Shown: piece by piece, positions 42,355-52,489 of the stretch
Layout of the letters: each line of letters begins with the position of its first letter
How positions within the stretch are numbered: position 1 is the stretch's first letter
Assembly: GCA_963737905.1 (NCBI GenBank)
Contig: CAVTUQ010000037.1
Span: 160,001-224,000, forward strand
From: an uncultured delta proteobacterium
GTDB lineage: Bacteria > Desulfobacterota > Binatia > UBA9968
Reading direction: 5' to 3'
DNA: 64,000 nt
Position numbers and translations under genes: made by a program
Notes under the pieces: model-generated
What the model was told of the DNA's origin: nothing
Database searches by the model: none
Seen by the model: only the letters and a program-made list of their open reading frames with translations

Positions 42355-44036
42355 TCATAGCGAGATAGAAAGAATCCCCGCGGTTTGGAGTGCCTGTGCT
42401 ATAAGCGCGACGCCGAAGACAAGAATAAAAGCCGACGAAGTCAACGGCAGCCACCGGGTCGTTAGCGGGCTATTAGTTTCGAAACGTGACATAAACTCGC
42501 GCGCATAAACCATCAAAAGACCAATGGTAATCAGAACCACAGCTAATCCAACGCTGAATGCGACGATCAAAAGCAACCCAAAGCCAATTCGCCCCATCGA
42601 AACGGCACTCAAGAGTACCACTAGCGCCGCCGGGCAAGGAACGATGCCGCCACTAATACCCAACGTCAAAAGTTCCCGGTAAGACACTTGTCGGTCGCAT
42701 CGTGATCTGATGAAGCTGGCCATGAATGCAATGGCGTGACACGTGATGATGATGGTGATGGTCGTGGTCATCGGGCCATGAGAATGTTTCTATGGTGTTG
42801 GTGATAATGATTCGAGAGCCCGTCCTTGCCTAGATACCTCCGCACCAAGAGGACCGCACCTAATCCGGTGATCAGGACACCGGAAACCACGCCTAGCCAG
42901 GGATAAAGCCGCTCCGGCACGATGTACTGTGAAGCGTACAAGGTCACCCCGCCAAGCAAATATACTCCAGCCGTATGCGCCGCAGTTACAATCAATCCGA
43001 GCAAAAACGCATGCTGCAAGTTCCCACGCGAACCCACAAGATACGCAGCAACTAAAGTTTTCCCGTGACCAGGCTCCAGGGCATGAAACGCGCCAAGGCC
43101 TACAGCAACGCCAAGAGCGATTAAGATAATCCCAGATCCAATTCTCCGTTGCTATCAACTCCGTAAACGAATTCCGTGGCGTCGTCTGTTGATTAGCTTG
43201 TAACTGAACTGCGCTCATTTTCTTTTGTCCGGTCGTATCGGCATCGATAATGGCGGGTTTAGATTATTCGCGTAGGAATGGATTGTTTTACCGGCTCCGA
43301 CCTGCTGGAATCGTGTGAAATCCTGCACGCGTCTATCTGAAGCTTGTTAACCGGGATCGCTTTCTCTCGGGAGCCTCGAATCAACTCCGAGAGCTCGCCG
43401 TTGATGCGACGGCGCAGGCGCAACCGCAGTGCTGAATGTCACATTGGCTTCCAGGTCCTGCGGTGGGCTGTTCAACAGATCGGTGGGATAGTTATTAACT
43501 GGGAGCTGCGATCGAGATCAGGAACCGAGCTGTCCGATATTCTGGCTCCCGGACGCTGCAATCGCGATGATCTCTTTCCAGCCCGCCCGTCCAGGGAAAT
43601 TGCCGTCACGATAGCTGAGTAGATAGTCGGCGGGGTTCGAGTCGCCTATGAGCTTCGCTTTGTACAGAAAACCGACTTTCATTGTCGGCAGACCACCGGC
43701 CCCCGGCGGGAAAATGATCTCCCTGGATTCTGCTCGCAGATCGAGACGTTTACCGTTGACCTCAAGCGCCAAGCCATCGCGAAGCAGTTCGGCCTTGCGC
43801 TGAAGATAAGTGCTTAGACTCGAATCTCCTGTCTTCGGTACAATCCCATTTTCTTGAATCTCTTGAAACGTCGGGATCTCGGCCATATCGATCAGGTAGC
43901 GCAATTCAATTTCATTCCCGCCAATACGGAGCGCGCTATATTGGCTGATGCTAAAGTTGCCGAGCGGATGGGCCGAGCCGCTTTCGGTAAAGGCGAGCAG
44001 CATGAAGGCAAGCAAACCGACAATCAGGAAGCGCAT
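42355..44036 (-). CDS. RcnA/NicO-like Ni/Co transporter fused to an N-terminal extracytoplasmic domain; multiple frameshifts
   Basis: Signal peptide then HPLGNFS; HALEPGHGKT (about 43060-43090), His-rich loop (about 42720-42810) and GISGGIVPCPAALVVLL RcnA signatures in successive frames. Confidence 0.82.
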
Positions 44037-44040
44037 GACC

Positions 44041-45357
44041 TTACCTCCTGTCCAGTGGTTGCCGCAGAGCAGCCACTTGATCTTCGGAATTTTCTAACTC
44101 TACTAAGGTGCGCTTGGCGTTATCGGCGAAAAAAATATGAAAGTGTGGATTGATCGAGAGCGCCCGACGGAGATGCTCCTTGGCTTTTCCTTTCTCCCCG
44201 AGGCGGTGATAAATCATCCCGGCATGGTAGTGAAGCTTCGCGTCTTGGGTGCCTAATTTGAGCGCCTGTCTCACGGCCTCGCGTGCTTCCTCAAATTTGC
44301 CGTTCTTGAATAGGTTCCAGGCCAGGACATCATAGGCATAGATATCGCGCCGGTAGTTTAATTCCCGCTGCGCCAACTCCAGTCCTTGTTGCAGCTTGAT
44401 GTCGTGATCGGCATAGAAATAGGCCAACTCCCGATTGTAGAGAGCCTTATTGAGCGCGCTCAGTTGCCCGATGTACTCCACTAACTCGTATTGCTTGCGT
44501 GCCTCGTTTGGATTTCCGATCTTGGCGTAGACATCGCCTAGCGCAGCGACATATTCAGGCATCGGCACGGTGTTGATCGCTTCTCGATAAAGCTGAATAG
44601 CTTCCGGGAAACGCTCCCGCGCCGATCGCACCTGTGCCAGCCCAGCTAGAGAACGATAATATCCGGGGTAGGTCTCCAGCGCTTGCACGTATTCACTTTC
44701 GGCTTGAGCCAATTTGCCGATGGCATAATATTCCGCAGCAAGCTGCCACTGTGCCCAGGCAATACTTTCCTTCGGCTGGTTTTCTTGTTTGCCTAGTTGA
44801 ATCGCCGTCTTCAAATCAGAGATCGCTCCAGGGGTGTCGCCCTTCAAGCTTTTTATGCCCGATAGCCGGCTGTACGACGAGAGACTTTCCTTTAGAGTCA
44901 TCATCCTCTTGTAGGTTTCTTCCGCTTGCTCATATTTGCCGGTTTCGAGATACGCATCGCCGAGAACGCCATGAGCATCCATGTCGGTTGGGTCCAGCGT
45001 GATCGCCTCTCGGGCTTGGGCTGCGGCAGCCTCAAAATCGTGACGCGAAGCCAATACATGAGCCAAATGGCGCCGAACACCGCTTAGCTGGGGATTGAGG
45101 CTTAAAGACTTTCTCAACGCCTGCTCCGCGAGATCGAGGTAACTGTTATCGCCGCTTTCTCGGGATTTTTGGAGATAGGCGTCTCCCAGTTGGTAATACG
45201 CAATCGGATTATTCGGATTGCGACGAATTTTGAATTGTGATTGAGCAATCGCCCGGTCAGAGGCCGAAGAGGCGGACCAGGCAAGTTGGGGTGACAGCGA
45301 GACGATCAAGAGAAAGAGAAATAGAGTTGGCGTGCTATATTTTGGTCGTTTTTCCAT
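44041..45357 (-). CDS. secreted tetratricopeptide repeat protein
   Basis: Signal peptide; many TPR helices (AYYQLGDAY, AHGVLGDAY, HYHAGMIY); GGAGG RBS before ATG 45357. Confidence 0.88.
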   Translation of the reverse strand: MEKRPKYSTPTLFLFLLIVSLSPQLAWSASSASDRAIAQSQFKIRRNPNNPIAYYQLGDAYLQKSRESGDNSYLDLAEQALRKSLSLNPQLSGVRRHLAHVLASRHDFEAAAAQAREAITLDPTDMDAHGVLGDAYLETGKYEQAEETYKRMMTLKESLSSYSRLSGIKSLKGDTPGAISDLKTAIQLGKQENQPKESIAWAQWQLAAEYYAIGKLAQAESEYVQALETYPGYYRSLAGLAQVRSARERFPEAIQLYREAINTVPMPEYVAALGDVYAKIGNPNEARKQYELVEYIGQLSALNKALYNRELAYFYADHDIKLQQGLELAQRELNYRRDIYAYDVLAWNLFKNGKFEEAREAVRQALKLGTQDAKLHYHAGMIYHRLGEKGKAKEHLRRALSINPHFHIFFADNAKRTLVELENSEDQVAALRQPLDRR

Positions 45358-45422
45358 ATCCCCTCCCGAGCGGTGAAGGGGCAGCCCCGTCGAATCGGTG
45401 AGGCCACCCCCTCGCATTAATT

Positions 45423-47054
45423 TTAGTCCACCGGACAGTCCGTTGCCGCAAAAGGAACGATTGGTTGGGCGCAGCCGGAAGTGCTGGGACTTTGATGCCG
45501 GCTATTGCGGCCACTGTTAGCAAAAGCCACGTAAGGGAACGTTTCCTGATAGGACCTATCGTTGCTATTCACGCCATCGCCGATCCGGTTGTTGGGAAAG
45601 CCGTCGAAAGGGGGGCCGGCTAAAACGCCGACCACGGCTCGCGCCGATATATCGGTCACATCATCGGACACACGACGTCCATTGGGATATCCGGCGAGGT
45701 CTCCGACTAGTACTCCCAAGCGTTTCCGCTGGTCCTGGGGCGTGGGACCTATGCCTGTGTTCAGACGCAGCAAATCGGCGATCGGGCCGGATTGCAGACC
45801 GGAGCATCCGGGGCAAAGCACGGTCGTATATTGCACCAACGGCGCCAAATCTAGCCGTGGCGGAGAAGGGATCGGTACGGCTCCGCCGTAGGCCGCATTG
45901 ATAACCCGTGCCAGAAGTGGATCTAACAAATAGTTGCTGAACTGCGCGTCATCTTCGGGCTCACTCATGCTGAATTTGTCTTTGTCGCCAGTGCCGATGA
46001 TCAACTCGTTGATCAGCGCATTTCCCATCCGCTGAATCTGCACGACGTTCGCCGACAGGACTGACTTTCCACCGGGCGTTCCGGGCAAGGCCTTAACTCG
46101 CGGGCGCGATGTGGTACCGTAGGTGCCGATCAAAGCCATGGGATCGTTCACAGGATGGATCGCGCCATCTTTTGTGAGCATCGCGATCGGCACCTCGATG
46201 GCAATCGAGTTGACATTGAAGCCTGCCACGGCATCCGGGGCGAAGTTCTTGTTGTCGGCCAAGTCCTGATCATCCGTCAGTACTCCCGGAACCCCGGTCC
46301 CAAACGCACTCGGACGGAAATTGAGCGTATCAAAGGCGGCGCCGAGATCGATATAAAATGGATCATCCACTGTGCCAGCAAAAACTCTAACGCCATTACC
46401 AAGGTCGTAGATGCCCTGGCGGGCCACGTAGTCGTAGTTCGGCATCGTCCTAGGACCGACATTTGAGGGAACGGCGATTAATTTTCTACCAGTGCTCAAA
46501 TCGGTCGACCGCCAACGGTTGCCGACCTTTTTCAGCAGCGCGACAGTATAAGTCTGGCGCAGACTCAAGCCTTCCGATCCTGGTCCGTCCAATGCCGTGA
46601 TGGCCGGGGGAATCAGCGGAGTCCCGGGCGGCAGCGGGGATGGCGAGTTTACCGGTGTAGAAACGCCATCGCCGACGCCGACAAACCCGGTGAAAACGTC
46701 AGGCAGTCGTACCTCCGTTTTGAAGCGGAACTGAATCTTGACATCTTCTTTGGCGTCTTGATTGTTATCGATTTTCATTTCGTAGAGAATTTCCGGGTCA
46801 AACGGAAAATAATTGGGCCCGTTGGCCGGCTCCAATAAAGGATCGACGTTCAAAATCATCGTTACCTTGGTTGGGTCGTCATAGCTGACAAAGGCAAACC
46901 AATCGGTGATATCCGCTTTGTTGTCCAAAGCGGTAATCGGTGCCTCTCGATGGTTTGCCGCCCGAGCAACCGGCACTGTTGTCACAACGGTCATCAGGGC
47001 GGTCAGAAAAGTGGCGACACATTGATAGAATGAATTTCTCCGCAAACGTTTCAT
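45423..47054 (-). CDS. DUF4331 family secreted protein
   Basis: ANHREAP, DITDWFAF, FAGTVDDPFYIDL, RMGNALINELII, GYPNGRRVSDDVTD, FPY motifs. Confidence 0.85.
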   Translation of the reverse strand: MKRLRRNSFYQCVATFLTALMTVVTTVPVARAANHREAPITALDNKADITDWFAFVSYDDPTKVTMILNVDPLLEPANGPNYFPFDPEILYEMKIDNNQDAKEDVKIQFRFKTEVRLPDVFTGFVGVGDGVSTPVNSPSPLPPGTPLIPPAITALDGPGSEGLSLRQTYTVALLKKVGNRWRSTDLSTGRKLIAVPSNVGPRTMPNYDYVARQGIYDLGNGVRVFAGTVDDPFYIDLGAAFDTLNFRPSAFGTGVPGVLTDDQDLADNKNFAPDAVAGFNVNSIAIEVPIAMLTKDGAIHPVNDPMALIGTYGTTSRPRVKALPGTPGGKSVLSANVVQIQRMGNALINELIIGTGDKDKFSMSEPEDDAQFSNYLLDPLLARVINAAYGGAVPIPSPPRLDLAPLVQYTTVLCPGCSGLQSGPIADLLRLNTGIGPTPQDQRKRLGVLVGDLAGYPNGRRVSDDVTDISARAVVGVLAGPPFDGFPNNRIGDGVNSNDRSYQETFPYVAFANSGRNSRHQSPSTSGCAQPIVPFAATDCPVD

Positions 47055-47138
47055 GACTGATTTTCCTTTCTGTCTGTTTGTGTACCGATGCAGCCCACCA
47101 GGGCTGGTCACTCCAACCCTGGTGGAGTTCCGCGTCTA

Positions 47139-47789
47139 TTACCGGCTCGCAAAACGCTCGGGAAATTGTTTGACGATCGCGGCCGCGAGCGGGTCGGCGA
47201 TCATCCCCATGTGGCCGGCGGCAGTGCGAATCGCCGTATAGCTCTTGTTCATATCGCCGGCCGCTTGGGCGTCGATCACGTCCTTGAGTGTCAAAACGTG
47301 ATCCTTCACCAAGCCGGCGACGACATCCTTCGGAAGATTCGGATTCGCCGAGGCGAGGAATGCGCCAAAATCTTGCGTGTACTGGACCAAATCGTTGACC
47401 GCCTTGCTTTTCTTAGCATCGTCTTTGGTGGCAACACCGACCGTATAGTCCACGACAAAGCCGATATGCTTGCGCCACAAAGGTAGGAACGCTTGTTCCG
47501 CGCCTTGGCCGTAGACCAAGCCGATGGCTTTGGAGATGTCGACGGAGTTGGCATCAAGCGACCCAGCGGCAGCTTTAAACTCGCCGTCACGGCCAGCCAG
47601 GGCTGCACCCGTAGCTGCTGCTGCCAGGAAGACATGCTCTCGGAACAACGAATTCAGACCGGTTCTCAGATCTGAACTCATCGCTCCGTGATGGTTCAGC
47701 TCCGCTGACTTCACATTCGCCGTGTAGCCAACGCCCAAGAGCGCCACCACTACGGCAGTCCCTACGAATTTTCTTAAATTACTATTCAT
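47139..47789 (-). CDS. secreted His-containing helical protein of unknown function
   Basis: Signal peptide; FREH, LWRKHIG..VDY, KDH, GHM and KQFPERF motifs; AGGAGG RBS. Confidence 0.7.
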   Translation of the reverse strand: MNSNLRKFVGTAVVVALLGVGYTANVKSAELNHHGAMSSDLRTGLNSLFREHVFLAAAATGAALAGRDGEFKAAAGSLDANSVDISKAIGLVYGQGAEQAFLPLWRKHIGFVVDYTVGVATKDDAKKSKAVNDLVQYTQDFGAFLASANPNLPKDVVAGLVKDHVLTLKDVIDAQAAGDMNKSYTAIRTAAGHMGMIADPLAAAIVKQFPERFASR

Positions 47790-47840
47790 TTTCTCCTCCT
47801 ATTGGATTTGTTAATCGGTCGCCGTCATTTTCTGATAACG

Positions 47841-48254
47841 TTACTTGACAAGGATTCGGCCACGCATGGATTGGTGGCGTTCGCAAAAGTATTCGTACTC
47901 ACCCGGGTGATCGAAAGTGAAGCTGGCCGTGGTACTTTTGCCGGAAAGGCTGAGACTCACTGACCCATTCCGGTTTTCCGGTGTACCCAAGGTGACGGTG
48001 TGCTGGATGTCGTCTTCATTGACCCAGGTTACCGTCGTGCCGGCTTTAACCTCCAATTGTGCAGGCTGGTACTGGAAGAGTTGAATCGTAACCGCAGATC
48101 CCGACTGGAAACGTGGGCCCACACTTTCACCGCTCTCAGCACTGGCTGCTTGAGTCTGAAGAATGTCGTCACATTCATCGTGTGCAAGCAGCGGTGAACT
48201 CCCCGCCAAGATTGCCGCGGTTAAGACTGCGGAACTCCGCCAATACCTCTTCAT
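47841..48254 (-). CDS. cupredoxin (plastocyanin/amicyanin-like type 1 Cu protein)
   Basis: GTTVTWVNED..QHTVT and YFCERHQSM give the H,C,H,M ligands; signal peptide. Confidence 0.88.
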   Translation of the reverse strand: MKRYWRSSAVLTAAILAGSSPLLAHDECDDILQTQAASAESGESVGPRFQSGSAVTIQLFQYQPAQLEVKAGTTVTWVNEDDIQHTVTLGTPENRNGSVSLSLSGKSTTASFTFDHPGEYEYFCERHQSMRGRILVK

Positions 48255-48314
48255 GAAACCTCTCCTTGCCTGTCGGTTGTCCGTCAAACTGACCTTGACC
48301 TCTCATGTTTTCTC

Positions 48315-48340
48315 TACGCGTCTGTCTGGCGATTCGGATT
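48315..48340 (-). promoter_or_regulatory. ECF-type promoter driving the cupredoxin-DUF4331 operon
   Basis: Minus strand AATCC-N17-CGTA. Confidence 0.65.
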
Positions 48341-48385
48341 GCCGAAAAGAAAATTTTGTCGATTAAAAAAATTCTTATAAGAGTA

Positions 48386-48411
48386 AATCCAAACCCATCG
48401 GCGCGATCGTA
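48386..48411 (+). promoter_or_regulatory. ECF-type autoregulatory promoter of the sigma/anti-sigma pair
   Basis: Plus strand AATCC-N17-CGTA, same boxes and spacing as the divergent copy. Confidence 0.65.
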
Positions 48412-48598
48412 TTAAGTCTGGGATGTGTTTGCGCAACGGGAATCGATTGGCCTAGAATGCCTCGCGACAAGGGAGAGGCCGTGACTCACGAAGCAGGGGT
48501 AGATCTGCCGTACCTACCCCGAAACGCAAGCTGAGGAAATGTTTCTTGTGCTGATCATGACCTCGACGCGAGGCGACATACGTGCATAGGTACTGTCA

Positions 48599-49159
48599 GT
48601 GACTGCCGATCCAACCATCGCCGTCCGTCTTATCCAGCAGGTCGCGAATCAGGACCGCGACGCCTTCAGCCAGCTTTACGATCGATTCTCGACCCTGGTC
48701 TTTACCATAGCCATGCGGATCCTGAAGGCTCGTTCAGACGCCGAGGATTTACTCCAAGAGGTTTTCGTCCAAATTTGGCGGCAAGCGCAGAACTACAAGG
48801 CCGAGCGGGGCAGTCCGGAAGCATGGATTGTTAATATTGCGCGCAGCCGGGCAATCGACAAAATACGTTCTATACGTAGAATGGAAAAGAGCTTCGTCCT
48901 CACCGACGATCCAGCGCGCGCGGAATCGAGCGACAACGTAGAATCATCAGCGGCGGAGTCGGAGACCCGGTTGACGATGAGCAACGCTTTGGCAGACTTG
49001 CCCGAGGCCCAGCGCAAAGTGCTGGAGCTGGCCTATTTTGCCGGCCTGACCCAGACCGAAATTGCCGAACGCTTGGCAGAGCCTTTGGGCACAGTCAAGA
49101 CCAGGATGCGCTCCGGGATTCAGCGTCTCCGCGAGATACTCGGAACACAGGCGACGTAA
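48599..49159 (+). CDS. ECF sigma factor (SigK-like)
   Basis: DAEDLLQEVFVQIW, AWIVNIARSRAID, PLGTVKTRMR. Confidence 0.92.
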   Translation: MTADPTIAVRLIQQVANQDRDAFSQLYDRFSTLVFTIAMRILKARSDAEDLLQEVFVQIWRQAQNYKAERGSPEAWIVNIARSRAIDKIRSIRRMEKSFVLTDDPARAESSDNVESSAAESETRLTMSNALADLPEAQRKVLELAYFAGLTQTEIAERLAEPLGTVKTRMRSGIQRLREILGTQAT

Positions 49160-49932
49160 TGAGTAACGAACACGAACATTGGCAAGAGCATAGTGAAATC
49201 TATGCCCTCGGCGCACTCGATGGGCAGGAGCTGAAAGAATTTGAAGCTCATCTGGCCTCCGGCTGCGCCATCTGCGAAGCCTACGTCCGGGAGACGCGCG
49301 AGACGCTGGCCGTGCTTCACAGGTCCCTACGTCCGGAGGTGCCGCCGCTAGCCATTAAGGCGCGCGTTCTGGAGCAGATCGCGCCCCAGGCGATTGCGCG
49401 ACCGAGACAGGAAAAAGCTCCACGGTTCAATTGGAATTGGTGGGGTTTAGGTATCGGTGCCGTTGCGACTGCGGCAGTCGCCTTGGTTTTGACTTCCAAC
49501 CTGACACGCACCCAAACCGAGCTTGAAAAGGCTAAAGCGCAACTCGCCGCCGCGCAAATCGAATCGGCGCAAAAAGACGAGCTGCTTCAATTGCTCTCTT
49601 CCCAAGACGTCCGACTGATTGAGCTCAAAGGTCTCGAAGCGGCGCCGGCAGCCAGAGCTAAACTATTCTGGAACCCCGGCGCACGCAGTGGAATCTTGCT
49701 TACCAATGGACTCCCCAAGACGTCAACCGACAAAGCCTACGAACTATGGGGAATCGTGGGCAAGGAACCGGTTCCCGCGGGAGTTTTCCGCGTCGACGAT
49801 CAGGGCCAGGCAAGATTTCGTATGCCGGTCCTCGCCCAAGGAAAACAATTCGACAAATTCGCCGTAACTGTCGAACCTGCGGCCGGCGGGGAAAAACCTT
49901 CCGGCCCGATGGTTTTGTTAGGAAGCCTCTAA
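49159..49932 (+). CDS. RskA-type anti-sigma factor with N-terminal zinc-binding motif
   Basis: YALGALD..E..EFEAHLASGCAIC, single TM, C-terminal YELW and FAVTVEP..G..PSG; coupled to the sigma gene (TAATG). Confidence 0.9.
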   Translation: MSNEHEHWQEHSEIYALGALDGQELKEFEAHLASGCAICEAYVRETRETLAVLHRSLRPEVPPLAIKARVLEQIAPQAIARPRQEKAPRFNWNWWGLGIGAVATAAVALVLTSNLTRTQTELEKAKAQLAAAQIESAQKDELLQLLSSQDVRLIELKGLEAAPAARAKLFWNPGARSGILLTNGLPKTSTDKAYELWGIVGKEPVPAGVFRVDDQGQARFRMPVLAQGKQFDKFAVTVEPAAGGEKPSGPMVLLGSL

Positions 49933-50229
49933 GCCGTCCATCGAATCTTCTCAGCAACTGATAAATCGCCTCCCCCCAAGGCTCATTGGCGAATGAGCAT
50001 TATCTGGACCAGACCGCTGATGAAATCCTTGCAGTCTTCTCATGGACGCGCGTGCGCAAAAATCTACGGGAATGTTGCCTTAGCGAATCCGATAGCTATA
50101 CTCGGGGTGGATTTTAACGTGCATTTAATTCACTTTGAGTTCTCTCTTAGGTCTTTGGGCCAAGAAAAATCAAACGATACACAAGGCACGAGACAAAATG
50201 GGAACACAGTGTTCCAGCTCCAATAGATT

Positions 50230-52415
50230 ATGAGCCTGCTTACTATTATGTGGTCGATCGCTGGGGCGATGTGCCTCACCCTTGCTATCGTGCACGGTGT
50301 GATATGGATCCGCCAGCGACACCACGCCTGGGCCAATTTGCTATTCACTTTTGCAGCGTTGGGTGCCGCGGGCTCGTCGTTCATGGAGCTGTGGGGGCTT
50401 CACGCCGACAGCGTCGAAACATACGTATTGGTGGCTCGATATCAGAATATTTGCGTCTTTGCTTTATTGGTCGCGCTTATCTGGTTCGTCTATGTTTACT
50501 TTGAAACCGCCAATCGATGGCTCGCGCTGGCGATAACCGGCCTGTGGGTTATTTCGATCATTGTCAACTTTCTGTCGCCTCATAGTCTCACCTTCTCGGA
50601 AATCACCAGTTTGAAGCGCATCGCGCTGCCCTGGGGTGAAGACTTTGCGGTCCCCGTCGGCACCACCAACCCCTGGACGTCTGTCGCTAATTTCGCTTCT
50701 GTTTTACTCGTAATTTTCGTGGCGGATGCCTCGGTGCGTTTGTGGCGGCGCGGCGACCGCCGCCGGGCTGGAATTGTGGGCGGAAGCATTCTGTTCTTCA
50801 TCGATTGCTGCTGGCATTCATACCCCTTTGGTCGACGAGGGTATCATCCAGACACCTTACATGATTTCGTTCGCCTTCCTGGCGATTATCTTTGCCATGG
50901 GATTCGAGCTCATCGACGATGTTCTTCGGGCGTCGATCTTGTCGAAGGAAGTTGCAAGCAATGAGCGTCGTTGGCGGGCATTATTGGACAACGTCCAACT
51001 TCTCGTTGCGGGCGTCGATGACCAGGGTAATTACAACTACGTCAATCCGTATTTCTGTTCGACCCTCGGCTATACTCCCGACGAAATACGGCGGCGGCAT
51101 TTCACTGACGTGATCCCATCCACCGCGAGCGAACCCATCGGGCAAGAATTTCAGCATGTAATGGATCAGGAGAAAGCGATACAACCGCGGCGCGATCTTG
51201 TAATGCGTACCAGGGGGGGCGACTTAAGAAAGATCGTCTGGTCGAACGTGACGCTGTATAACCGTGACGGTCGCCCGGCCGGGGTACTGAGCATCGGGGC
51301 CGACGTTACAGTTCAGAGAGAGGCGGAAGAAGGCCTGAAGACAGCCTTGGAGGAGATTCAAGAACTCAAGGAAAAACTTCAAGCGGAATGCCTCTACCTG
51401 CGCGAAGAGATCAATGTCAAAAATAATTTTGGCCGGATTGTTGGCGAGAGCGATGCCTTAAAATATGTGTTGATGCGGGTTGAACAGGTCGCCCCGACGG
51501 AATCTACGGTGCTGCTCTTGGGAGAGACAGGCGTCGGTAAGGAACTGGTCGCCCGTGCGATCCACGATATGAGTCGCCGCTCTCGCGCGCCGCTCATCAA
51601 TTTAAACTGCGCGGCGTTGTCTGAAACTCTCGTTGAAAGCGAACTCTTCGGCCACGAAAAGGGAGCATTTACCGGGGCGGAGCGTCAGCATAAAGGCCGC
51701 TTCGAGATCGCTCACGGCGGCACGATCTTGCTGGACGAGGTAGGCGAGTTGCCGGCGGCCACTCAGGCGAAACTGCTGCGTGTCCTGGAGGAAGGCGAGT
51801 TCGAGCGAATTGGCAGCGGCACCACGCTCAAGGTCAATGTCCGCGTCATAGCGGCAACCAACCGGAATCTGTACCAGGAAGTCGCTGCAGGCAGGTTCCG
51901 GCAAGATCTTTTCTATCGACTCAACGTTTACCCGATCACGATCCCGCCATTGAGACAGCGCCGGGAAGATATTCCGCTGCTGGTTGAGTATTTTGTCCGA
52001 GAAATTGGCACGCGGATGGGAAAGGAATTCAAAGCGGTGCCGGCCGTGGTCCTGCGTGAGCTGATGGAATACCACTGGCCTGGAAATATACGAGAACTGG
52101 AAAACGTAATCGAGCGCGCGGTGATCATTTCGCCGGCCGGGGTACTGCGCTTGCCGGAGCCCCTCGTCCGGGATGAACCAAAGCTACTCCGACGAAGGTT
52201 ACCAAAATGGTACTGCGGAAACTTTACAGAAGGTTGCGACACTGGATGAGGCGGAAAGGCAGCATATTTTGCGCGCTTTAGAGGCCACGGGTTGGCGCAT
52301 CAGCGGCCCCAACGGCGCGGCAGCGATGCTCAAGCTCAATCCCTCTACCTTAAGATTTCGCATGAAGAAGCTCGGTCTAGGTCGAAATCGGAAAAACCAA
52401 GCAGAATACCATTGA
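50230..52415 (+). CDS. membrane-anchored PAS + sigma54-dependent (Fis-family) activator; frameshifts near 50805 and 52185
   Basis: Multi-TM N-terminus, [56 protein letters not shown]. Confidence 0.87.
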
Positions 52416-52489
52416 GTGTTAACGCGCGAAAATCTGGGTGCTGCCCGATCGAATTTTAGTGAAAAGTTCGAAAAGAGAACTGGTACCGA

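Noticed and set aside
48495-48521. Hairpin ggggtag...ctacccc in the sigma factor leader as a riboswitch
   Set aside because: A single short stem with no known aptamer features
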